DNA of 64,000 bases, taken from Squalus acanthias (Eukaryota). Numbering within the stretch: the stretch's first letter is position 1; each line of letters opens with the position of its first letter. The stretch lies in NCBI GenBank assembly GCA_030390025.1, contig JASTWF010000093.1, positions 310,001 to 374,000 on the forward strand. The letters run 5' to 3'. The notes below the pieces were generated by a model, which saw nothing but the letters and a program-made list of their open reading frames with translations, ran no database searches and was not told where the DNA came from. The translations under genes and the position numbers were made by a program. Below, piece by piece: positions 23,451 to 33,236 of this stretch.

Positions 23451-25965
23451 AAAAAGAAAATACTGCAGATGCTGGAAATCTGAAATAAAAACAGAAAATG
23501 CTGGAGATACTCAGCAGGTCAGGCAGCATCTGTGAAGAGAGAAACAGAGTTAACGTTTCAGGTCGATGACCTTTCGTCAGAACTGGAAAAAAGCAGGAAA
23601 TGGAACATATTTTTAAGCAAGTGTAGCAGCTGGGAAAGGGAGGAGGGGATGAAAGAACAAAAGGGAAGGTCTGTGATAGGATAGAAGGCAGGAGAGGTTA
23701 AGAGACATTAAGAGATATTCAAGGCAAAAGGAGATGGTAATGGGACAGGTTAAGAAACAAAGGATGGCTCTAGATGAAGTGTAAATTGCACTGGCAGAAT
23801 GAAAGACAGCTGCCATGTGGGGGAGAAGAAAAGACAAAAAGGTGTGGATAAAAAATATATATAGGATAGGGGCTGAGGTTATGATCTGAAATTGTTGAAC
23901 TCTATGTTGAGTCCAGAAGGCTGTAAAGTGCCTAATCGAAAGATGAGGTGCTGTTCCTCGAGCTTACGCTGAGCTTCAGTGGAACAATGCAAGAGGCCGA
24001 GGACGGTGAGGTCTGAGTGGGAGTGGAGCGGAGAATTAAAGTGACAGGCGACCAGTAGCTCAGGGTCCCCCTTACGGACTGACCGGAGGTGTTCCGCAAA
24101 GCGGTCACCCAATCTGCGTTTGGTCTCCCCAATGTAGAGGAGACCGCATCGTGAGCAGCAAATACAGTATACTAAATTGCAAGAAGTACAAGTAAATCGC
24201 TGTTTCACCTGGAAGGGGTGTTTCGGGCCCTGGACAGTGGGAAGGGGGGAGGTATAAGGGCATGTGTTGCATCTCCTGCGCGTGCACGGGAAGGTGCTGG
24301 GTGAAGGGGAAGGGGTGCTGGGGGTGATAGAGGAGTGGACTAGGGTGTCTCGGAGGGAGCAGTCCCTACGGAATGCTGAAAGGGGAGGTGAGGGGAAGAT
24401 GCGTTTGGTGGTGGGATCACGCTGGAGGTGGCGGAAATGGCACAGGATGATCCGTTGAATGTGGAGGCTGGTGGGGTGAAAGGTGAGGACAAGGGGAACT
24501 CTATCGTGGTTCCGGGAGGGAGGGGCAGGGGTGAGGGCAAAAGTGCGGGAGATAGAACGGACACAGTCGAGGGCCGTGTCAACTACGGTAGAGGGGAATC
24601 CTCGGTTGAGGAAAAAGGAAGACATGTCGGAAGCACTGGTATGGAAGGTGGCATCGTCGGAGCAGATACGGCGGAGACGGAGAAACTGGGAGAATGGAAG
24701 AGAGTCCTTACAGGAGGTGGGGTGGGAGGAAGTATAGTCCAGGTAGCTGTGGGAGTCAGTGGGCTTGTAGTGAATGTTGGTCAATAACCTATCCCCAGAG
24801 ATGGAGATGGAGAAGTCGAGGAAGGGAAGAGTCGGAGATGGACCATGTGAAGGTGAGGGAAGGGTGGAAATTGGAGGCAAAGTGAATGAAATTGTCTAGT
24901 TTAGGGCGAGAGCAGGAAACGGCACCGATACAGTCATCAATGTACCGGAAAAAGAGGTGAGGGAGGGGACCCGAGTAGGACTGGAACAAAGAGTGTTCCA
25001 CATATCCCACGAAAAGGCAGGCATAGCTAGGAGCCATGTGGGTACCCATAGCAACACCTTTGATTTGGAGGAAATGAGTGGAGTCAAAGGAGAAGTTGTT
25101 CAATGTGAGAAGAAGTTCAGCTAGGCGGAGGAGGGTGCTGGTGGATGGGGACTGGTTGGGCCTCTGTTCAAGGAAGAAGCGGAGCGCAGTCAAGCCATCC
25201 TGGTGGGGGATGTTACCTGGCCTGCTGAGTTTTTCCAGCACTTTCTGTTGTTATTTCAGTTTTCCAGCATCTGCAGTATTTTGCTATTGTATTAGAGGTG
25301 AGGGGAAGATCTGTTTGGTGGTGGGATCACACTGGAGGTGGCGGAAATGGTGGAGGATGATCCATTGAATGTGGAGGCTGGTGGGGTGAAAGGTGAGGAC
25401 AAGGGGAACTCTATCGTGGTTCTGGGAGGGAGGGGCAGGGGTGAGGGCAGAAGTGCGGGAGATAGAACGGACACGGTCAAGGGCCGTGTCAACCACAGTA
25501 GAGGGGAATCCTCGGTTGAGGAAAAAGGAAGACATGTCGGAAGCACTGGTATTCCCAACCCCTACACTTGCTTAAAAATCTGTTCCATTTCCTGCTTTTT
25601 TCCAGTTCTGACGAAAGGTCATCGACCTGATACGTTAACTCTGTTTCTCTCTTCACAGATGCTGCCTGACCTGCTGAGTATCTCCAGCATTTTCTATTCC
25701 TGCTCCTATTTCTTATGTTCTTATGTAAATAGACAGGGGCTGTTTCTTTGAAATATTCTTTTCAGCTCCATGAACAATATTTACTTGGGAATTATCCACC
25801 TTGCCCATTAAAATTACCCAACATCACAAGTGAAACCCTTCGGTCCCAGACCTGAAACGTTAACTCTGTTTCTCTCTCCACGGATGCTGCCTGACCTGCT
25901 GAGTATTTCCAGCATTTTCTGTTGTTATTTCAGATTTGCAGCATCTGCAGTATTTTGCTATTACA
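23450..25965 (-). mobile_element. Second-family Penelope-like element with tandem and inverted terminal pieces
   Basis: ORFs 24789-25241 (GVAMGT, RYIDD) and 23879-24880 (NLVYCICC..LYIGET, GLNIEF); repeated terminal unit GATGCTGCCTGACCTGCTGAG in both orientations. Confidence 0.88.
23548..23584 (-). ncRNA. Minimal hammerhead ribozyme of Penelope family 2
   Basis: aguu-CUGACGA-A-AGGUC(auc)GACCU-GAAA-CGUU-aacu; palindromic ACGU; the inverted copy at 25604-25640 has GAUA instead of GAAA. Confidence 0.78.
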
Positions 25966-26080
25966 AGTGAAACTACTGTTATTGCTTTGGGCCATTGCTC
26001 AGTGGTGAAAAGACCACCTGAAACTGTGTAGATCGTTCATTCTAATGTGTGCAAGGAAACAGTTACATTTAAAGACTTAC

Positions 26081-26135
26081 CTTGAGCCAAACCGAATTCA
26101 ACAGCCACCAAAACAGCGAGCAGACTTCTCACCAT
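26081..26135 (-). CDS. B7/CD276-like gene, coding exon 1: signal peptide
   Basis: ATG at 26135; MVRSLLAVLVAVEFGLAQ followed by a phase-1 G|GTAAGT donor; joins in frame with the IgV exon. Confidence 0.8.
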
Positions 26136-26219
26136 ACTTTGCTCTCCTCGACAGCTGTCAAAACAAGACAAGACGACCACCAGTGAAAATAATTTCTTTA
26201 TCGGTTTCCACAGCTGCAA

Positions 26220-26470
26220 AAGACCCGCATCTTATGGAGGATTCCGCCGGCACTCGGGGCAGAGCTCGCTGACCGAAATCTAAACCCTCGGGGCTCCGCT
26301 CAAGTGGGCGTCGCCCGCAGCCCGCTCTCTTTCATAGTCCCTGCTGTTACATCATTTACGGATTAGACAGTAAGAAAGCCCCAGACACCGCCCCGCGAGC
26401 CAGCGAATCAGAGACTGGTTAGAGCTTTTCCTCGGCAGTCCCGCCTCCCCAGGGCTGCCAGACCATGCCA
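26220..26470 (-). promoter_or_regulatory. CpG-rich candidate promoter and 5' UTR of the B7-like gene
   Basis: Local GC/CpG enrichment with GC boxes (CCGCCCC, CCCGCCTCCCC) immediately upstream of the leader exon in otherwise AT-rich DNA. Confidence 0.55.
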
Positions 26471-27404
26471 CAGACACCGCAGCAGCAGCAACAACCTAGT
26501 GGTTGCTGTTTTTAAGAGTTTATTTTTTACTGTGATGGAATGAGAAACAGCCTTACAGTAATTTGTTGATCTATTTGTAAAATGTTATTATTGCATTTAT
26601 ATTGTTAATTATAAGGCTTTATTGTTATTGTGATCAATGAATGTAATGGTTTATTATGTAATTGATGAGTTGTATAAGTACTATTCTTGAATAAAAAGAT
26701 TAACAAGAAAAAAAACCAACCTAGTGGTTAAAAGAAAAAAAACCTTTTCTTTTGAGAATTTCCCTCATCTGGAAGTGGAAATATTTCATTTTAACACAGC
26801 ACATTTAAGTTGCACAACCCATAAAGACATTTGACTGTGCAACTAAAATCATGTAAATTATCTTGGCAATTGGCTGCACTGAAATCAGTCAGGCATTACT
26901 AGTTAGTGTACAGTTATTGAAGTGCCATTGACTAAAGGCAAACTAATTGAAGATTCTTTTGCTTGTGGTTAAAATGTCATAGTGTACTGATCCTGTCAGC
27001 AAAAGTAACTGGTGTTTTGCTGCAGTGTAACTTAAATAGCCATAAAAAGTGTCTTTATGGAGGATATTTGTGGGAAACTACAAGGATATGAAGATGTTTA
27101 CAGCTTTTTGTATTACCTGAAATAGTTATGGTTCCTCACTGCAACAGTTTGATAACCAGGATATATGTAATAAAATAATTGAATGCACATCCACAAGACT
27201 TGCACCAAAATGTCAGACTTTCTGTGAAAGTGCTCTTTATACAAAACATCAGCAGCAACAACTTGCATTTATACACCGCCTTAAATGTCGTAAAACGTCC
27301 CAAGGTGCTTCACAGGAGCGTTATGAGACAAAAAATTGACACCGAGCCACATGAGGAGAAATTAGGGCAGGTGACCAAAAGCTTGGTCAAAGAGGTAGGT
27401 TTTA

Positions 27405-27885
27405 AAGAAAGAAAAACTTGCATTTATATCGCACCTTTCACAACCACCAGACATCCCAAAGCGCTTTACAGCCAATGAAGTACTTTTTGAAGTGGCGTCA
27501 CTGTGGCAATGTGGGAAAAACGGCAGCCAATTTGCGCACAGCAAGCTCCCACAAACAGCAATGCGAAAATGAACAGATAATCTGGTTTTTTTTAAAGTGA
27601 TGCCGGTCGAGGGATATATATTTGCCCAGGACACCAGGGAGAACTCCACAACCTTCTTCGAAATATTGCCATGGGATCTTTTACATCCACAGGAGAAAGC
27701 AGACGGGACCTCAGTTTAACGTCTCACGCAAAAGACAGCACCTCCAACAGTGCAGCACTCCCTCAGCACTGCACTGGAGCGTCAGCCTAGATTTATGTGC
27801 TCAAGTCCCTGGAATGGGACTATGAACCCACAACCTTCTGACTCAGAGGTGAGTGTGCTGCCCACTGAGCCACAGCTGACACTCT
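27405..27885 (-). mobile_element. Full-length tRNA-headed Deu-domain SINE (SacSINE1-like) nested in an L2 tail
   Basis: Minus strand: GTGGCTCAGTGGG A-box, GGGTTC B-box-like, Deu-like core GAGACGTTAAAC..GATGTAAAAGATCCCATGGCA..GGTGTCCTGG, (TCTT) tail. Confidence 0.75.
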
Positions 27886-28452
27886 CTTTAAGAAGTGTCT
27901 TAAAGGAGGAAAGAGAGGTGGAGAGGCAGGGAGGTTTTTGGGAGGGAATTCCAGAGCTTAGGACCTCGGGAACAGAAGGCACGGCCACCAATGGTGGAGC
28001 GATTATAATCAGGGATGCTCAAGAGAGCAGAATTAGAAGAGCGCAGATATCTTGAGTGATTGTGGGGCTGAAGGAGATTACAGAGATAGGGAGGGGCGAA
28101 GCCATGGAGGATTTGAAAACAAGGATGAGAATTTTGAAATTGAAGCGTTGCTTAACCGGGAGCCAGTGTTGGTCAGCGATGTAGGAAGAGGGCGAAGAGG
28201 CAACACTTTGGGATGGAGAAATGTGAAGGACGAAGCAATCAGGCGAGACGGCAGTTGGAGTCGGAGAGAGAGGGAGGAGTTGACGGTTAGTGTTGGGAGG
28301 AGGTGCCAGGAAGCAGCATCAGGGACCAGGTGGATTTTGGGGTTGGGGGAGAGGTGGTAGGAGGTGCCAGTCAGGCAGCAGAAAAACAATTTAAAAAATA
28401 CAACTTCCTGGGAGGGAGAGAGCAACTTCCGAACGGACCTGAGTGCCTCAGT

Positions 28453-30142
28453 TGTAAGGGTTTGCGAGCGTGTCTCTCCGCCTGTGAGATTCGCGTGGCT
28501 CTGTGCAGCCTGTATGTCAGTGCGGGTTTAGGCCTTGTTGCCTGTTCTGGTCTCCAGCCAGTCTGGGAACACTAGACACACCTGTGAGTGGTTCGAATCA
28601 CTCGCCCTTACGGTTCTAGACACTGGACTTAGATGCGAGAGCAGTAATGGAGATGAAACTCATGTAGACTCGGTTGAATGGTACGAAATGGAAAATCTTT
28701 ATTGCATGATATTTAAGATTACGAAATACATGTCATAAGCACAGATTAATGACAGTACAATCTTACACGCCGTTATGTAACTAATTCTAGGGAAACGAGG
28801 AACGAACGACACACCGTAAATGGGGGCACACATTACAATTATCCTTAGTACTTAAACCCTCCCCTATCAATATCTGTCCTAGCTAGATTCGTAGGATTCG
28901 AGACTCATGCTCACCACTCGTAATAACTCGGAGAAATTCCGAATAGCTGATCGGATGTTTTCACCGCAGCACCCACGTGTCGATCAGGGGGTCTCCTGGC
29001 CCCACTTGTTTACTTGCTTCTGCTCCGGCTAGCAGGCTGGAACGTCTGTTGTTATGAAGATCTGTGTTTGTGGGTTTCACGTACCAGTCAACACTTAAGA
29101 GAATAATCTCTCGGTGTCCGTCATGAGGATCTGCCCTGATGGGTTTCACAGACCAGTCAATACCTCAAAGAAGAATCTTCCGGGGTCCGTTCTTTAAAGT
29201 TCAAAGAAGTCTTCCTGGCAAGGAAAAATGTCTATTCGACCTACAGGCGCGGTCGGGGCTTACTGACCGTGGCGATAAGTATGGTCTTCGTCTCTTCTCA
29301 TCTCATCTCATCTCTTCTCGGGCCTTTGGTTCCGATGCCGGTTACCAACACAGGTCTTCGTGACACGACACGAGGTAGATCCGAACGGATCACAAAGTTC
29401 AACAGTCTTTTAAAAGAGACACCAGGCAAACAGGAACAAGACGGCGAGTCAAGAACACAGGAGCAGCCACGAGGATGAACACCAGCAAGATAAGAGGATA
29501 AGAGCATAAGAGAGAGATGGACGGTTGGAGCTTGTAATTATAGTACAAAATCTTCCGTTTCCCGCCCAACCTTAATGTCTTTTCTTTTGTTAGGGTTTGG
29601 CGCTCAAATGTCTTGTATAGGTGATCTCCGTTTTTAATGGGTTTCGGGGCTACTCGTAAATGTCTGAGTACCTGTTAATATTTCTCCTATTGTTTAATCG
29701 GTCGGTAGTCTCCCTGGAGGGGTTTTGGGGCCTCCAAGTGTTTTCTGTAACTACCCGCTAACGGCTCTCTCATCGTAGAGTCGTTGGGATTTTACATATT
29801 AATGTCTTTGGATGGGTTCTTGATTACTGGGTACAATAGCCTTTATTCGTACCTGGGAGACCGATTCCAGTATCTATGTGTATACTGCAAACCCAAGATG
29901 TCTCGTGTATTATCTTCGATGTGCTGAATCTTAATCGATCTTGCACAAATGTTTATTGGAACGCCATCTTGTCTGCCTGTCGAAAAGTCTAGAATGTTCC
30001 GCCACGAGGTGCGGCGGCCATTTTACAAGCTGCTTGTGTCCACTTTGAAACCTGACAGCATTCTGCTGAAATAAAAGCTGTTTGAACGAAACTATGTGTT
30101 TTCTCCTTATTAATAAAATCGCGATATATTGCGAATTCTACA
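28453..30142 (-). repeat. 3' LTR (1690 bp)
   Basis: Direct repeat of 41513-43202 at offset 13060; only three substitutions seen by eye (about 28492, 28754, 28922). Confidence 0.96.
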
Positions 30143-30154
30143 GTCCCTCCTGTT
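30143..30154 (-). other. Polypurine tract
   Basis: Minus-strand AACAGGAGGGAC immediately precedes the TG of the 3' LTR. Confidence 0.75.
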
Positions 30155-30588
30155 GATGCGAATAACTCCGCTTATCGTATCAAAAATATAGTGGTGAGCA
30201 ATATTATCTCGATTTCTCCGAATCCAGAAAATTAATCCCATAACTTAAACTATCTAGGGTCTTTGCGTCGTCCTTATTTCCCAAGAAAATTACATTTTAT
30301 AGCACCGTAGGCATTATTTGCCTTCAAACTTACACCACTTGTTTTCCTTCCAGGCGTAACCAGGCCGATGCCTCTCGTATCACCTGTATATTCATCTTTT
30401 ATTCAGGGAAAGGAAAAACAAAACCCAAAACCAAACAATCATTTTTAACTATAACACCATCACCAAAATAATCAACACCAACTCTTAAAACATGTCGAGT
30501 TCCCAACGTATTTACAGTCTTTGAAAATCATGATCGAGTACAAACTTCCGCGGCGCACGTGGCGAGCGGGAGTGACGCCATTTTCCGA

Positions 30589-32940
30589 TTACACGGTACT
30601 TTCATCGTGCACGCGCACGTAACGTTCTCGCCACTCTCCCGTGTTTTCATGCTTGGTGAGGCGTTTGTCTCTTTTACAATGTACGACCAATAGGTACACT
30701 ACAATAAAAACTTGGCATACAACTAAAATGTGGGAGGCTATTCTGATCCAGGACGGCACTTCAATGTTGGTGAACAGATTCCACCACGGTGGAATTACTA
30801 TATCCAGAATGTCTGTCCCTATTTCGACAGTTTTCTGCTCTAATGTGTAAAAATGTTTCTGTGACACCGCGACGGCTTTTAAAAGCTTGGTGAGGTGTTC
30901 AGGGAGAGGGGGAATGAGGTATCCGAAATGCGCGACGAATCGCTGCAAGTCGGTGAAATTCTCTTTTACTGTGAGATGAACAGTGGATGGTTCAGGGATT
31001 GGGACAATTCGCTGTTGTGCTACTTGAACTTCCGCCCTGGGTTTGAAACAGAAACTGCTGTCACTCACCGGACACCGGCTACGGTTTCCATGCTGGTAGT
31101 GTTGCGCTGCAGTGGTAACACAATATGTTCCACCCCCGATGTATGCTACCTGCGGAGGCACATGATCTTGTGCCATTGCCTCCATGGTGCAATTCATGGA
31201 CTTGGCGCCAGCCGTTCTGAACCCGCACTGTGGTGTTAAAAAGGCATTCAAGTGCTGGGGGCACAGTATTATGTGTGCTCCCCTGCCACGACAACCAGAG
31301 AGATCTGTACCTGTCATCGTTTGCTCCCAGCGGATGACGTAGGGTGGAACCGCTGCATAGCGAATGTGGGCTCCCCCCTGAATGACACCAATGTTCTCTA
31401 CCCGATACACCGGGGCGGGCTTTGCTGTGTCGCCCAAAACCGGCATACGTAGTACTATACCCATGATAGTATGGTTTGATCGTCCGCAGTCCACGGGGAC
31501 TGGGTATGCTTCTGAAGCTAGCCTGAGCTGGCACGGACTTAATGCGTTCTGAAAAGGGTGGAGCGCCCGCAGGTGTTTGTTACTTATCCAGGACGGGACC
31601 AGACCTTGTTTTAAATCCTCCAAATTACTGCGGCCCTCGCCCAGTAACCACGCCCCGTAAAGCACGCACACCTCGTTCTGCGCAGCTTGATCGGATGCAT
31701 TCCGATCTTCCCTAATCAGGGCATTTACCGTCTTTGCATGTTTCTCTAACTCTGCTATAATTTCCTTTAAATGGAGAGTCATGGCTTGGTCCTCGTGTAA
31801 ACCCGACCCTACCACTTTATTCTCATCTGTTAGAATGTCTTTTAATTGTGTCTTTAAACCATTAATCTGGGTCTGCAGCTCCACACTGTCTAGAGCGTTG
31901 ACCACAGATGTACCTGTGTTGAAAGCAGTGAACGCGTCGTTCACTACACCCCTTCTTTGCCTCCCTACTTGATCCAAAACTTCCTGTGGTGCGGTGTACA
32001 AACTTGTTTTATCAATTTCCGCGAAATCGAATTCGTAAAATTGTCTGAACATCTTGGTCAACAGGACCTGAAACAACTGTTCCGTCTTTTTGGGGCACCA
32101 CTCTGGTAACCGTACCTCGGTGAGATTTAAAATCACCGAGGCCACCGCGTAATGTACCCCCTGGAATAGTATCTGGTCTGTGGGGACCAGTACCAAACCA
32201 TTCCCGGGTCCCTTACTAGTTTTAGGGCACCCTTCCTCCTCAGCTATAACCACCGGAATCGTGGGCGGGGCTTTGCGTGGGCGCGTAATGAGTTCAGTGG
32301 CATTTACCGGGATCGAAGAGTGTGGGGCTCCGCACCCCCTGGTGCTCGCATCCCACCTCATCCCCTGTCCGTTATCCTGCCATTGATTAATGAAAAATAT
32401 GGAGATGCCTTTGGGGCAAGCGTACTTTGACCCCCACATGCATACATAAATTCCCTCATCCGGTTCCCACCATTTGTCCCAACAGACTCTCACTTGTCCG
32501 TTTGTCCCCGTAATTGTCCGATGGGTATTATTACCCAGTCGTTCCCACTCGACCGAAGAGTTCCTCATGTTTTTGCTCAGCTTTCGCAGCCACCACCATC
32601 GGCTCAATGGGACATTCCCATTACAAGTCAAACAAATCCGTTTGCCGACGGTGACGCTGATCCTGGGTGCGATGATCCTTACTTTGGGGCACAGTAAAGA
32701 AGTCTCTTGGTAGGCAAACCCCGATGTGCTGGAATACTCAGTCGAGTTCGTTCCCAGCCATCCTGGCCACCTTCCCTTGTGGAAATAGGTGGTGGTCTCC
32801 TCAGCCTCCCGTCTTCCGGTCCCATCCACCGCGATGGGGGCCGTGTCCCCGGAGCATCCAAACACCACGACATCCTTGGTGCGGCCTCGATAGGCCAATC
32901 CACATCCGATTGCCGCGAGCAATACTAGAATTCGTTCCAT
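30589..32940 (-). CDS. env: Env-like class I fusion glycoprotein, intact (783 aa from MERIL; frame open from 33099)
   Basis: Signal peptide MERILVLLAAIGCGLA; Ig-like motifs CLTC..WWW..DEGIYVC; furin site RQRR (31951-31962); fusion-peptide-like segment and heptad repeat; Cys-rich region; TM ILVVCQVFIVVYLLVVHC; tail with YVRV; candidate splice acceptor CTGATCACAG at 32954. Confidence 0.88.
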   Translation of the reverse strand: MERILVLLAAIGCGLAYRGRTKDVVVFGCSGDTAPIAVDGTGRREAEETTTYFHKGRWPGWLGTNSTEYSSTSGFAYQETSLLCPKVRIIAPRISVTVGKRICLTCNGNVPLSRWWWLRKLSKNMRNSSVEWERLGNNTHRTITGTNGQVRVCWDKWWEPDEGIYVCMWGSKYACPKGISIFFINQWQDNGQGMRWDASTRGCGAPHSSIPVNATELITRPRKAPPTIPVVIAEEEGCPKTSKGPGNGLVLVPTDQILFQGVHYAVASVILNLTEVRLPEWCPKKTEQLFQVLLTKMFRQFYEFDFAEIDKTSLYTAPQEVLDQVGRQRRGVVNDAFTAFNTGTSVVNALDSVELQTQINGLKTQLKDILTDENKVVGSGLHEDQAMTLHLKEIIAELEKHAKTVNALIREDRNASDQAAQNEVCVLYGAWLLGEGRSNLEDLKQGLVPSWISNKHLRALHPFQNALSPCQLRLASEAYPVPVDCGRSNHTIMGIVLRMPVLGDTAKPAPVYRVENIGVIQGGAHIRYAAVPPYVIRWEQTMTGTDLSGCRGRGAHIILCPQHLNAFLTPQCGFRTAGAKSMNCTMEAMAQDHVPPQVAYIGGGTYCVTTAAQHYQHGNRSRCPVSDSSFCFKPRAEVQVAQQRIVPIPEPSTVHLTVKENFTDLQRFVAHFGYLIPPLPEHLTKLLKAVAVSQKHFYTLEQKTVEIGTDILDIVIPPWWNLFTNIEVPSWIRIASHILVVCQVFIVVYLLVVHCKRDKRLTKHENTGEWRERYVRVHDESTV

Positions 32941-33236
32941 CCTTCCTTGGTTCCTGTGATCAGATAGAATGAGGTAGCCAGCCTCGCAAGAGTCTCTGGC
33001 TTTTGTGAACGGTGAGCGGGTCCCCTGACCTCGCCTCACGTAAACTTCAACGTTCGCTGAATAAACTTTAACTAAACCTATCTCTAAAGCTCCCATCATT
33101 TTACCATTTTCTGTTAAAATTAAACTACAAACTTAACCTTATTTAAAACTATAAACTTATAACCTTAAACTATAAACTTAGAAACCTATCCTAAACTTAT
33201 TACTGTACAGCGCCGCCCGTACTCAGGGCGGCCCCT

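Noticed and set aside
28535-29507. Short ORFs duplicated at 41595-42567
   Set aside because: They recur only because they lie in the LTRs; no recognisable motifs, so not called accessory genes.
32941-33099. First 53 codons of the 836-aa env ORF
   Set aside because: The signal peptide and a good splice acceptor point to the ATG at 32940; a foamy-like long leader peptide cannot be excluded.
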